The notes under the pieces were generated by a model that saw only the letters and a program-made list of their open reading frames with translations, did no database searches and was not told the DNA's origin. A stretch of 38,375 nt of DNA from Candidatus Gastranaerophilales bacterium. Its GTDB lineage: Bacteria; Cyanobacteriota; Vampirovibrionia; Gastranaerophilales; Gastranaerophilaceae. The position numbers and the translations under genes are program-made. Shown in pieces: positions 1 through 8,642 of this stretch (positions within the stretch are counted from its first letter, which is position 1; each line of letters opens with the position of its first letter). The stretch is from contig CANQRT010000001.1 in NCBI GenBank assembly GCA_947626325.1, positions 1-38,375 on the forward strand. The letters run 5' to 3'.

Positions 1-711
1 TAACCCGTTTAGCGCACATTCAAGCTGAAGCGCACCAGCAAAATAACTCTCTACCGTTACTGCCGTTGCCATGCCAAGGTCATTGTGGTTGTGAACCGAT
101 ATAACTATATCTTTTGGAAGTGCATTATATACCTTTTCTACAAGATTAATAAATGTTTTTGGACGTGTCCTTTCAACAGTATTAGGCAGATTAATTACAT
201 TTGCTCCCGCTTTTACTATTTGTTTAAGCGTATCTATAACAAAATCAATGTTTTCAGCACAATCACCAAAATGCTCAACGGAAAATTGCACTTCTCCCTT
301 GCTTCCGATAGTTTTCTTTGCAAACTCAACTGCCTCTATTGCCTGCTTTCTTACCTGTTCAGGCGATTTATTTAAAACATACTGCATATTAAAGGGGCTC
401 ATGGCAATAAATGTATGAATTCTCTGCTTTGGAGCAGATTTTATCGCTTCAGACGCTTTTATAATGTCATTTTCCACGCACCTTGCAAGCGCTGAAATTA
501 CAATATTATCAGGAGCAATTGAGGCTAAATGCGAGCATGCCTCATAATCCATTTCCGAAGCAGCTGCAAAACCTGCCTCTATTCCTTGAACACCGAGCTC
601 TTTTAAGTGATTAAATATTATCTCTTTTTCATAAGTGTTCCACGGCTTTTTTAATGATTGATTGCCGTCACGCAATGTTATATCATAGAAAAAAGGCTGT
701 CTTTGCACCAT
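1..711 (-). CDS. 2-isopropylmalate synthase / homocitrate synthase family protein (HMGL-like). Only the N-terminal 237 codons are present; the 3' end runs off the window.
   Basis: My own minus-strand translation from ATG at 711-709 reads MVQRQPFFYDITLRDGNQSLKKPWNTYEKEIIFNHLKELGVQGIEAGFAAASEMDYE...VHNHNDLGMATAVTVESYFAGALQLECALNGL. LRDGNQ, HNHNDLG and ECxxNGxG are hallmark motifs of the family. AAGGAG sits 5 nt upstream of the ATG. It is open to position 1 (711 nt = 237 codons) and is absent from the ORF track because there is no stop in the window. Confidence 0.75.
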   Translation of the reverse strand, partial: MVQRQPFFYDITLRDGNQSLKKPWNTYEKEIIFNHLKELGVQGIEAGFAAASEMDYEACSHLASIAPDNIVISALARCVENDIIKASEAIKSAPKQRIHTFIAMSPFNMQYVLNKSPEQVRKQAIEAVEFAKKTIGSKGEVQFSVEHFGDCAENIDFVIDTLKQIVKAGANVINLPNTVERTRPKTFINLVEKVYNALPKDIVISVHNHNDLGMATAVTVESYFAGALQLECALNGL

Positions 712-731
712 TTATGCTCCTTTATCCATTC

Positions 732-760
732 TTGAACTATGTTATCTGTTATTGTAAAAT
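732..760 (+). promoter_or_regulatory. Candidate sigma70-type promoter for purB
   Basis: TTGAAC (732-737), a 17-nt spacer, then TAAAAT (755-760) preceded by TG. It lies 26 nt upstream of the purB ATG in the 74-nt divergent intergenic region. Confidence 0.4.
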
Positions 761-785
761 AAAAGAATTGAAAAAGGAAGTTTTT

Positions 786-2078
786 ATGATTGACAGGTAT
801 TCTCGCGATGAAATGAAAAAAATATGGGATTTAGATAGCAAATTCCAATATTATCTTAACGTTGAACTTGCGGTTTGCAAAGCATATAATGAACTTGGCG
901 TGATTTCAAACAGCGTGCTTGAAGATATTACTAAAAGTGCTTCCTTTTCCGTTGACAGAATTGCGGAAATTGAAAAAGAAGTCCGCCACGACGTAATTGC
1001 ATTTCTTACAAGTGTGAATGAAAATGTGGGCGAAAATTCAAGATATATCCACATGGGGCTTACAAGCTCGGATGTTATAGATACTGCACTCGCCCTGCAG
1101 ATGAAAGACAGCGGGAATATTATTTTAAAAGATTTAGATGAAATCATTTGCACCGTTAAAGAAAAGGCAAAGGAACATAAAAATACCGTATGTATAGGGC
1201 GCTCGCACGGTATTCACGCAGAGCCGATGACCTTTGGTGTTAAACTCTGCGGGTGGATTGACCTGTTTGAACGTGCAAAACGCAGTTTTAAATTTGCGCT
1301 TGATGAAGCTTTGGTTGGTCAAGTTTCAGGCCCTGTCGGTACTTACAGCAATATTAATCCAGAAATAGAAAAACTCGTTTGCAAATATTTAGGCTTGAAA
1401 CCTGCTAAATTTTCTACTCAAATTATTGCCCGTGATATCCATGCCCGCTTTATCCAGTCATTGGCTGTTATTGGCAGTGTAATAGAACAAATAGCAGTTG
1501 AGCTTCGCCACCTCCAAAGAACCGAAGTATCAGAGGTCGAGGAGGGATTTAGCGCAGGACAAAAGGGTTCATCAGCTATGCCTCATAAAAAAAATCCAAT
1601 CTCGGGCGAAAATTTAACGGGATTAGCCAGAATTGTCCGCTCTAATTCTATTAGTGCACTTGAAAATATTGCGCTTTGGCATGAAAGAGATATTTCTCAC
1701 TCAAGCGTGGAAAGGATTATCTTCCCCGATACTACAATTTTAATTGATTATATGCTGTCAAGGCTCAATAACGTTATTAAAAATCTTGTCGTGCATAAAG
1801 ATACAATGCTTAAAAATACCAATAAATTCGGCGGTATTGTGTTTTCACAAAAAGTACTGCTGAAACTCTGCGAAAAAGGACTGTCCCGCGAAGATGCCTA
1901 TAAACTTGTTCAAAAAAACGCACTCAAGGCATTTAATAATAACGGCAGTTTTATTGATAATCTTTTAAATGATGAAGAAATTAAATCAAAACTAACCGAG
2001 GCTGAAATAAAATCCTGCTTTGATATAAAAGATTATCTAAAGAATATAGAGCAGATATATTCCCGCTTTGGAGTTTAG
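786..2078 (+). CDS. purB: Adenylosuccinate lyase
   Basis: MIDRYSRDEMKKIWDLDSKFQYYLNVELA..., GLTSSDVIDTA and SSAMPHKKNP (the fumarate-lyase signature) are typical of PurB. I chose the start at the internal ATG 786 (AAGGAAG upstream) rather than the track start 654, whose 44-aa extension overlaps the divergent gene's start and looks non-coding. Confidence 0.9.
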   Translation: MIDRYSRDEMKKIWDLDSKFQYYLNVELAVCKAYNELGVISNSVLEDITKSASFSVDRIAEIEKEVRHDVIAFLTSVNENVGENSRYIHMGLTSSDVIDTALALQMKDSGNIILKDLDEIICTVKEKAKEHKNTVCIGRSHGIHAEPMTFGVKLCGWIDLFERAKRSFKFALDEALVGQVSGPVGTYSNINPEIEKLVCKYLGLKPAKFSTQIIARDIHARFIQSLAVIGSVIEQIAVELRHLQRTEVSEVEEGFSAGQKGSSAMPHKKNPISGENLTGLARIVRSNSISALENIALWHERDISHSSVERIIFPDTTILIDYMLSRLNNVIKNLVVHKDTMLKNTNKFGGIVFSQKVLLKLCEKGLSREDAYKLVQKNALKAFNNNGSFIDNLLNDEEIKSKLTEAEIKSCFDIKDYLKNIEQIYSRFGV

Positions 2079-3070
2079 TTAAAATCTATATTCTTTACAA
2101 CAGCGTCTGCTAATTCTTCATAAGCTCTTTCTGTCGGGTGCAGATTGTCCTGCATTTTGTATTCGGGTGAATTTAAGTCGGCTTTAATATAATCACTTAC
2201 TTTTAAAACAATAAAATTATTTTCTTTTAATTTGTCAATGAAAACATCTGTATGGTTTAAATGCCAGTCATCATAAACAATAACAATAAATTTGACTTTT
2301 TTGCCCCAGCGTTTTTCCATAGCCTCTCTTGATAAAAGAAAGTATTTAAGAGCGGTGTCTGTTAATTTTTTGTTATTCTTAAAGTTTTTTACATAATTAT
2401 CCGCATATATGTGATTAAAATGTTTGACTGTGTATAACGAATTGAAAAAAGTGACAGGCAGATTGTTATAATTATCCATTACAAATTTGTCTTTTTTAAA
2501 AGTATAGTGAGGGTAAACAAAACTGTCGGTTACATCAAAATAATTTAGTAAAGTACGTCTGTAATGGTCATTAATCATAATATAAATTACTGTATCAGAG
2601 GGCGGAACATCTTTATAAAAATCTCTGCCTTTTTCATCATTAGTTTGAAAATACATTAAATGCCAGCTTCCGCCGATTATTCCTCTGTTATAAACAGGAC
2701 GTTTTAATTTATTCGCCAGCTTGTAACTGAATGTTTGATTGTATTTTAAATATTGACCGTAAGCGTAAGATCCTCCAAATAAAACAATAGGACGGCAATC
2801 TTTTTTGCCTTTGCAATATTTAAGTCCGTCGGGCTTTCTGCCCCAATAATAAATATCGTCCTTTTCTTTAAAAAATCCGCTTAAATCATAAATGTAGCTT
2901 GGAATATAATGCTTGTATGTAAAATTCGGTATTTGCGAGGTTTTTGGACGTATATCGTAGAAAATGTTTTTATAATGCTTGTAAACTAATAAATCTGAAA
3001 TAAATAAAACTAAAGATAAAATTAAAATATTAATAAAAAAAACTAACGAAATTTTAAACAACTTTTTCAT
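2075..3070 (-). CDS. Membrane-anchored SGNH/GDSL-type hydrolase or acyltransferase-like protein
   Basis: 331 aa with an N-terminal hydrophobic anchor (ISLVFFINILILSLVLFISDLLVY). SGNH-like blocks are FGGSYAYGQ (block I Ser), IMINDH (block III Asn) and DNLHPT (block V Asp-x-x-His). The exact substrate is unknown. Confidence 0.5.
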   Translation of the reverse strand: MKKLFKISLVFFINILILSLVLFISDLLVYKHYKNIFYDIRPKTSQIPNFTYKHYIPSYIYDLSGFFKEKDDIYYWGRKPDGLKYCKGKKDCRPIVLFGGSYAYGQYLKYNQTFSYKLANKLKRPVYNRGIIGGSWHLMYFQTNDEKGRDFYKDVPPSDTVIYIMINDHYRRTLLNYFDVTDSFVYPHYTFKKDKFVMDNYNNLPVTFFNSLYTVKHFNHIYADNYVKNFKNNKKLTDTALKYFLLSREAMEKRWGKKVKFIVIVYDDWHLNHTDVFIDKLKENNFIVLKVSDYIKADLNSPEYKMQDNLHPTERAYEELADAVVKNIDFN

Positions 3071-3353
3071 AAAGTATATATTAACATGTTTGATTTTAAC
3101 TGGCAGAATGATTGTTTAATAAAAAATAAAAAACTTTAAACATGTTAAGAAAAATTTACAATACGGTGAATAAATAATCAAAGCGGGTATTTTAGAGAGT
3201 CGCAATTTTGTTGTATATTTCATTAATTTAAAAAAACAATATCTAAAATAAAAAATAAAATGGGTTAAAAAAAGTATTTGTGTAAGAAAAAAAGGCTTGA
3301 TTTGAAAAATTTAACATGTAGGATATATTTATTGACAAAATAAAGAGGAAAAA

Positions 3354-3569
3354 ATGTCAAAAGACGTAATAGAATTCGAAGGAACAATAATAGAATCACT
3401 GCCGAATGCAATGTTTCGAGTTGGTTTAGAAAACGGGCATGAAATACTGGCGCATATATCAGGTAAGATAAGAAAGAATTTTATTAAAATATTACCTGGA
3501 GATAAAGTGAAAGTAGAGATGACACCCTACGATTTAACAAGAGGCAGAATTACATACAGGTTGAAATAG
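3354..3569 (+). CDS. infA: Translation initiation factor IF-1
   Basis: A 71-aa S1-like protein, [23 protein letters not shown]...[35 protein letters not shown], a near-canonical IF-1. AGAGGA RBS upstream. Confidence 0.95.
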   Translation: MSKDVIEFEGTIIESLPNAMFRVGLENGHEILAHISGKIRKNFIKILPGDKVKVEMTPYDLTRGRITYRLK

Positions 3570-3669
3570 TTAAACCGCGCAGGCGGGCTAACACTGGGGA
3601 GAGGGAAGGTAAGAAAAAACTAAAAACCCTCTCGATAAAAAGGAATGATATAAGGAAAAGGAAAATAAA

Positions 3670-3783
3670 ATGAAAGTTAGAGCATCAGTAAAACCGCTTT
3701 GCGATAAATGCAAAGTAATAAAAAGAAAGGGCAGAGTAGCAATAATTTGTGAAAACCCGAAACACAAACAAAGACAGGGCTGA
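3670..3783 (+). CDS. rpmJ: 50S ribosomal protein L36
   Basis: Not in the ORF track because it is too short. My own translation is [37 protein letters not shown] with stop TGA at 3781-3783. This is canonical L36 sequence, in the canonical position between infA and rpsM. Confidence 0.9.
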   Translation: MKVRASVKPLCDKCKVIKRKGRVAIICENPKHKQRQG

Positions 3784-3788
3784 TTTTC

Positions 3789-3812
3789 CGTAGGGCGGAG
3801 TTGAGCACAGCG
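3789..3812. repeat. Direct repeat copy 1 (CGTAGGGCGGAGTTGAGCACAGCG)
   Basis: Matches 3951-3974 at 23 of 24 positions (A/G difference at position 19). Confidence 0.85.
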
Positions 3813-3950
3813 AACGAGCCCGAAGAGGCGCAAATCGGTCGGAGCGCAAAAAGCCAAAAGGCTTTTGAAGCGAAGAAGAAGATTAAGCCGAGAGGAAAAT
3901 CAGGACAACGACAGGCTTAAGCGAAAAGCAATTTCAAGACAGCGAAATTG

Positions 3951-3974
3951 CGTAGGGCGGAGTTGAGCGCAGCG
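3951..3974. repeat. Direct repeat copy 2 (CGTAGGGCGGAGTTGAGCGCAGCG)
   Basis: Matches 3789-3812 at 23 of 24 positions. The copies are 162 nt apart, start to start. Confidence 0.85.
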
Positions 3975-4132
3975 GTTTTTACGTAGAGCAAAGCTCGAAT
4001 ATGTGAGGGGCGAAACGACAACAGCGGAGCGTAGGAGTGACAGCCCCGAGAGAGAGTAAAAACAAGACACCCGAACTAGCCCGATAATCAAAACAACAAC
4101 AAAGTAAATAAAACATAATAAAAGGAGAAACT

Positions 4133-4504
4133 ATGGCAAGACTTGCCGGGGTAGATTTACCCCGTAATAAGAGAATGGTAATCGCATTGACCTATATCTA
4201 CGGAATAGGGCCGACAAGAAGTGCTAAAATATTAGCTGCTTGCGGTATATCCGAAGATTTAAGAACAGACGATTTAACCGACGACAACATTAAAAAATTA
4301 AGAGATGAAATCTCACATTACACTATTGAAGGTGATTTGAGAAGAGAAGAATCTGTAAACATCAAAAGATTGAGCGAAATCAACTCATACAGAGGAATGC
4401 GCCACAGACGTAAACTTCCTGTAAGAGGACAGAGAACAAAAACAAACGCAAGAACAAGACGTGGTAAGAAAACAGGCCCAATCGCCAATAAGAAAACAAT
4501 TTAA
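4133..4504 (+). CDS. rpsM: 30S ribosomal protein S13
   Basis: [26 protein letters not shown]... is canonical S13. AAAGGAG RBS upstream. Confidence 0.95.
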   Translation: MARLAGVDLPRNKRMVIALTYIYGIGPTRSAKILAACGISEDLRTDDLTDDNIKKLRDEISHYTIEGDLRREESVNIKRLSEINSYRGMRHRRKLPVRGQRTKTNARTRRGKKTGPIANKKTI

Positions 4505-4519
4505 GGAGTAATATAAACA

Positions 4520-4906
4520 ATGGCTAGACCCGTAAAAACAAAAAAGAAAGAAAAAAAGAATGTATTGCAAGGTGTTGTACATATACAATCAACCTTCAAT
4601 AATACAATCGTAACTTCAACAGATACGCAAGGCAACGCTATTGCATGGGCTTCAGCAGGCGGGTGCGGATTTAAAGGAGCAAGAAAAGGTACTCCTTTTG
4701 CAGCACAATCAGCAGCTGAAAAAGTCGCAAAGCAATCAATCGACCAAGGTATGAAAAAAGTTGAGGTTTATATCAAAGGACCGGGTTCGGGCAGAGAAAC
4801 AGCAATAAGAGCTATTCAAGCTGCAGGACTCGAAATTACATTAATAAAGGACGTTACACCTATTCCTCATAACGGCTGCCGTCCTCCAAAAAGACGTAGA
4901 GTATAA
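4520..4906 (+). CDS. rpsK: 30S ribosomal protein S11
   Basis: [30 protein letters not shown]...[12 protein letters not shown]...[19 protein letters not shown]-type sequence is canonical S11. Confidence 0.95.
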   Translation: MARPVKTKKKEKKNVLQGVVHIQSTFNNTIVTSTDTQGNAIAWASAGGCGFKGARKGTPFAAQSAAEKVAKQSIDQGMKKVEVYIKGPGSGRETAIRAIQAAGLEITLIKDVTPIPHNGCRPPKRRRV

Positions 4907-4926
4907 TAAGAGTAAGGAGTCGTAAA

Positions 4927-5529
4927 TTGGCTAAGTATACAGGACCATCAAATAAATTATTTCGTAACTACGGAGTTACGGATTTATCTAACAGAAAGTT
5001 GGTTTCTTCACTAAGACAAAATGCTTCTGGTCAGCATGGCGCAGCAAGAAAAAAACTTTCAGAATATGCTATTCACTTGAATGAAAAGCAAAAAATCCGC
5101 TTAACATATTTATTAAGCGAAAAACAATTCGTAAGATACTACAATGAAGCTTCAAGAAGCAAAGGCGTTACAGGTACAGTTCTTCTTCAGCTTTTAGAAT
5201 CAAGACTTGATAATATCTTGTTTAGAACAGGTTTCGCAATTACAAGAAAACAGGCAAGACAAATTGTTAATCACGGGCATGTTCTTGTAAACGGTAAAAG
5301 AGTAGATATCCCTTCATATACCGTTAAAGCAGGCGATGTTATCACATTTAAATCTTCAAGCAGCGAGTTTGTTAAAAATGTGGCAGAATCAATAGATTTA
5401 GCTTTAGCTCCAGCTTGGATAACTATTGATAAAGAAGCTATGAAAGTTACTTTTGACAGAATACCAGAGCGCGAAGAGTTAGACCCTGAACTTAAAGAAC
5501 AACTTGTAATTGAGTATTATTCTAAATAA
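4927..5529 (+). CDS. rpsD: 30S ribosomal protein S4 (TTG start)
   Basis: MAKYTGPSNKLFR..., LESRLDNILFRTGFAITRKQARQIVNHGHVLVNGKRVDIPSYTVKAGD (S4 domain). Starts at TTG 4927 with AAGGAG upstream. Confidence 0.9.
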   Translation: MAKYTGPSNKLFRNYGVTDLSNRKLVSSLRQNASGQHGAARKKLSEYAIHLNEKQKIRLTYLLSEKQFVRYYNEASRSKGVTGTVLLQLLESRLDNILFRTGFAITRKQARQIVNHGHVLVNGKRVDIPSYTVKAGDVITFKSSSSEFVKNVAESIDLALAPAWITIDKEAMKVTFDRIPEREELDPELKEQLVIEYYSK

Positions 5530-5547
5530 TTGTAGGAGATAATTATA

Positions 5548-6522
5548 ATGGAATTGAAAATTAAATGTATTAATACAACAACTTCATCAGACGGTTCACA
5601 ATATGGTAAATTCGTAGTAGAACCGCTTGAAAAGGGTTTTGGAACAACAATAGGCAACGCTTTAAGAAGAGTTTTGTTATCATCTTTAGAAGGTGCTGCA
5701 GTTACTTCAATAAGAATTGAAGGTATTACTCACGAATATACTTCAATCCCTGGAATTGTTGAAGATGCTATAGATATTATGTTGAACTTAAAAGGTTTAA
5801 CAGTAAAAACAGAAGATAAAGATCCTCAGCATTTAAAACTTGAAGTAGACCGTCCAGGCCCTGTACTTGCAAGTGATTTGCAATTACCCGCAGGTGTTAA
5901 AATAGTTAACCCTGATTGGCTGATATGCACAATATCAGAAGGCGGAAGTATTTCTGCTGATATTACTGTTGAAACAGGTAAAGGTTACAGAACAGTTGAT
6001 GTATTAAAAGAAAATAAAGGTAATATTCCGATAGATTTATTACCTATCGACGCTTCATTTATGCCGATAAAAAGAGTAAGCTATAATGTTGAAAATACAC
6101 GTGTAGGCGATGTTATTGACTATGATAAATTAACTCTTGAAATTTGGTCAAATGGAAGCATTGACGTATCAAGCGCATTAAGTCAAGCAGCAAATCTTTT
6201 AATAGAACACTTTATGCAAATAGCTTCAATAACAGGTCAGCCTGCTGTTCTACCTAATCAGCATGTAGTTGAGGAGGTTGAAGAAGAAGCTCAAGCACCA
6301 AGTATCTCTATTGAGGACTTAGAATTGTCTGTAAGAGCTTATAACTGCTTAAAAAGAGCAAGCATAAACTCTTTAGCTGAATTACTTAAAAAATCAGAAC
6401 ACGATTTATTGAATATTAAGAACTTTGGTAAAAAGTCATCTGATGAAGTAATAGAAAAATTACACCAAGTAGGTTTGGAACTTCAACCTAACCCAGAGGG
6501 TGTAGAATATGAAGAAGTTTAA
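5548..6522 (+). CDS. rpoA: DNA-directed RNA polymerase alpha subunit
   Basis: 324 aa with FVVEPLEKGFGTTIGNALRRVLLSSLEGAAVTSIRIEG and a C-terminal domain, IEDLELSVRAYNCLKRASINSLAELL. Confidence 0.95.
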   Translation: MELKIKCINTTTSSDGSQYGKFVVEPLEKGFGTTIGNALRRVLLSSLEGAAVTSIRIEGITHEYTSIPGIVEDAIDIMLNLKGLTVKTEDKDPQHLKLEVDRPGPVLASDLQLPAGVKIVNPDWLICTISEGGSISADITVETGKGYRTVDVLKENKGNIPIDLLPIDASFMPIKRVSYNVENTRVGDVIDYDKLTLEIWSNGSIDVSSALSQAANLLIEHFMQIASITGQPAVLPNQHVVEEVEEEAQAPSISIEDLELSVRAYNCLKRASINSLAELLKKSEHDLLNIKNFGKKSSDEVIEKLHQVGLELQPNPEGVEYEEV

Positions 6523-6548
6523 TAAATAACACAAAAGGATAAATAAAA

Positions 6549-6977
6549 ATGAGACACCAATGCACAAGAAACAGACTGTCAAGACCACAAGACCAGAGAA
6601 AAGCCTTGCTAAGGTCTTTAGCAACAGAATTGTTCTTACATGGCGAGATTAAAACCACTATTTCAAAAGCAAAAGCACTAAAACCTTATGCTGAAGAATT
6701 AATAACTCTCGCTAAAAGAGGCGATTTGCACGCAAGAAGACAGGCTGCAAAATTTATATTTGATGTTGAAACATCAAAATATGTTGATTCTGCAACGGGA
6801 GAAGTTTTTGAAGAATTGCAAGAGGGTAAAAAATTAATTCCTCAAACAGTTTTGAAAAAATTATTTACCGAAATCGGCAAACAATATGAAAGCAGAAACG
6901 GCGGATATACAAGAATATATCACTTACCGCCAAGACGCGGTGACGGCGTAGAAATGGCTTTAATTCAATTAGTATAA
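6549..6977 (+). CDS. rplQ: 50S ribosomal protein L17
   Basis: MRHQCTRNRLSRPQDQRKALLRSLATELFLHGEIKTT...GGYTRI. It is somewhat longer than typical L17 because of an internal insertion. Confidence 0.9.
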   Translation: MRHQCTRNRLSRPQDQRKALLRSLATELFLHGEIKTTISKAKALKPYAEELITLAKRGDLHARRQAAKFIFDVETSKYVDSATGEVFEELQEGKKLIPQTVLKKLFTEIGKQYESRNGGYTRIYHLPPRRGDGVEMALIQLV

Positions 6978-7774
6978 TGACAAGATACTTGATTGAAATA
7001 GAGTATATCGGGACAAACTACGCAGGCAGTCAAAAACAGCCAAATAAAATGCCTAACAGTAATAAACCTGTTGTAACTATTCAGGATGAACTGGAAAAAG
7101 CAATCAGCACATTGACAAAAACAAAAATCAAAACAATATTTTCGGGCAGAACCGATGCTGGAGTTCATGCTAAAGGGCAGACAGCTCACTTTGATATTGA
7201 GCTTGAACTAAATCCAAGTAAGTTCGTTAATTCTTTAAACGGTATATTGCCAAACACAATAAGCGTTAAGGGGTTAAAAAAAGTCGAAAAATCGTTTCAC
7301 GCACAAAAGAGTGCAGTGGCAAGACATTATCAGTATGTCATAGCTAACAGAACTCAGAGAAGCTGCTGGGACGAACATTGTTTACTGGTAAGGTATCCTT
7401 TAAATATTGAAAGGATGAATAAGTCGCTCTCGTATCTTTTAGGCGAACATGATTTTTCCGCCTTTAAGAAATCAAGAACGACTAACCCTGCCAAGGTTTG
7501 CAAAATGTATAAAGCTCAAGCAGTTAAGCAGGGCGACCTTATTTATATAGATTTTATTGCAGACAGATTTTTGTACAATATGATCAGATTGATCGTCGGA
7601 ACTCTCCTTTGGATAGAAAGAAATTCTTTTAACCCCGAAGTAATGAAAGAAATTCTAAATTCTAAGGATATAACAAAAGCAGGTTCGACCATTAGCCCAG
7701 AGGGGCTGACATTAATAAAAGTAATATACAATAACATAAATGGAGAGAAAGCACATGAAAACTTATTCAGCTAA
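6977..7774 (+). CDS. truA: tRNA pseudouridine(38-40) synthase TruA
   Basis: [18 protein letters not shown]..., [17 protein letters not shown] (catalytic Asp motif) and [13 protein letters not shown]. The ATG overlaps the rplQ stop (TAATG). Confidence 0.9.
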   Translation: MTRYLIEIEYIGTNYAGSQKQPNKMPNSNKPVVTIQDELEKAISTLTKTKIKTIFSGRTDAGVHAKGQTAHFDIELELNPSKFVNSLNGILPNTISVKGLKKVEKSFHAQKSAVARHYQYVIANRTQRSCWDEHCLLVRYPLNIERMNKSLSYLLGEHDFSAFKKSRTTNPAKVCKMYKAQAVKQGDLIYIDFIADRFLYNMIRLIVGTLLWIERNSFNPEVMKEILNSKDITKAGSTISPEGLTLIKVIYNNINGEKAHENLFS

Positions 7775-8195
7775 ACCTCTTGAAGTAGAAAGAAAATGGT
7801 ATTTGCTTGACGCTGAAGGTCAAACATTAGGCAGACTTGCAGTATTAGCAGCAAATTTATTAAGAGGAAAGCACAAACCACAATATACTCCTAACGTAGA
7901 TACAGGTGATTTTGTAATTATAATCAATGCTGAAAAAATAAGCGTTACGGGTAAAAAAGAGACAGGTAAAATTTATTATCACCATACTGGTTATCCAGGC
8001 GGTTTAAAATCAGCATCATTTAAAGAATTAATGGAAAAAGACCCGACAAAAGCTATAGAAAAAGCTGTAAAAGGTATGCTTCCTCATAATACTTTAGGTC
8101 AGGAACAGTTTAATAAATTAAAAGTATATGCAGGTTCTGAACATCCGCATGCAGCACAAAAACCTGTAGTATATAATGAAACGGAGGCTAAATAA
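7755..8195 (+). CDS. rplM: 50S ribosomal protein L13
   Basis: [29 protein letters not shown]... matches the canonical L13 N-terminus. I chose ATG 7755 (GGAGAG 7 nt upstream) over the track start 7740. It overlaps the truA 3' end by 20 nt. Confidence 0.9.
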   Translation: MKTYSAKPLEVERKWYLLDAEGQTLGRLAVLAANLLRGKHKPQYTPNVDTGDFVIIINAEKISVTGKKETGKIYYHHTGYPGGLKSASFKELMEKDPTKAIEKAVKGMLPHNTLGQEQFNKLKVYAGSEHPHAAQKPVVYNETEAK

Positions 8196-8590
8196 TGGCA
8201 GATAAAGAAATTATGGCAACAGGAAGAAGAAAAACAGCAATTGCCGTTGTTAAGCTTGTTAAAGGTAAAGGCAGAGTTTTTGTTAACGGTAAAACCTTTA
8301 AAGATTATTTTGGCAACCGTGCAGCATTGGAAATGATGATTTATAAACCATTAGCTTTAACAGATAATCAAGAAAAATATGATGTAAGAGTTAAAACTGT
8401 TGGCGGCGGTGTTAGTGCTCAAGCTGGAGCTATAAGACACGGTATTGCTAGAGCTTTATTAAAATCTAATGAAGATTATAAAGCTGTTTTAAAATCAGAA
8501 GGTTTATTAACACGTGACGCTCGTGTTAAAGAACGTAAAAAATACGGACGTAAGAGAGCAAGAAAAAGATTTCAATTCTCAAAACGTTAA
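8195..8590 (+). CDS. rpsI: 30S ribosomal protein S9
   Basis: GRRKTAIAVV..., GGGVSAQAGAIRHGIARAL and a C-terminal KKYGRKRARKRFQFSKR. TAATG overlap with rplM. Confidence 0.95.
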   Translation: MADKEIMATGRRKTAIAVVKLVKGKGRVFVNGKTFKDYFGNRAALEMMIYKPLALTDNQEKYDVRVKTVGGGVSAQAGAIRHGIARALLKSNEDYKAVLKSEGLLTRDARVKERKKYGRKRARKRFQFSKR

Positions 8591-8613
8591 TATTTTCCTA
8601 CTATATTCAAAAA

Positions 8614-8641
8614 GGACTCCCAAAATCGGGAGTCCTTTTTT
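8614..8641. terminator. Bidirectional rho-independent terminator shared by rpsI (+) and the 94-aa gene (-)
   Basis: GGACTCCC (8614-8621), loop AAAATC, GGGAGTCC (8628-8635), then TTTTTT. An A-run upstream gives a U-tract on the other strand as well. Confidence 0.8.
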
Positions 8642-8642
8642 A

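Larger units (their letters stand above)
3784..4120 (+). other. Atypical GC-rich, purine-skewed transcribed spacer between rpmJ and rpsM. It could be a structured operon leader, an ncRNA or a decayed insertion.
   Basis: My hand count gives about 50% G+C over 3781-4080, against roughly one third elsewhere. The + strand is strongly A/G-rich. It contains a 24-nt direct repeat and small hairpins (AAAAGCC-aaaaa-GGCTTTT at 3848-3866; GGGGC...GCCCC at about 4007-4047). No convincing ORF is present. Confidence 0.4.

Noticed and set aside
85-375. A 96-aa plus-strand ORF
   Set aside because: It is antisense to a well-conserved isopropylmalate/homocitrate synthase-family reading frame, and its Phe/Tyr/Ile/Cys-rich composition is typical of shadow ORFs.
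654-785. The 44-codon N-terminal extension of purB given by the ORF track
   Set aside because: The extension overlaps the start and RBS of the divergent synthase gene and has non-protein-like composition. The canonical PurB N-terminus (MIDRYSR...) begins at ATG 786 with an RBS.
3789-3974. Possible CRISPR-like array, because of the repeated 24-mer
   Set aside because: There are only two copies, separated by a 138-nt interval. The repeat is not palindromic, there are no cas genes, and the site is inside a ribosomal-protein operon.
3588-4091. Two minus-strand ORFs (3588-3857, 89 aa; 3900-4091, 63 aa) that share the peptide RCAQLRPT
   Set aside because: The first is antisense to the clearly real rpmJ gene. 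The shared peptide is just the translation of the 24-nt DNA direct repeat. Neither has an RBS, and both have Cys/Leu/Phe-rich junk-like composition. I treated the region as non-coding spacer and repeat instead.
4535-4560. An A-rich stretch (acaaaaaagaaagaaaaaaagaa) at the 5' end of rpsK, considered as a possible slippery or frameshift site
   Set aside because: It encodes the normal Lys-rich N-terminal tail of S11 ([10 protein letters not shown]). The frame is continuous and the product is full length.
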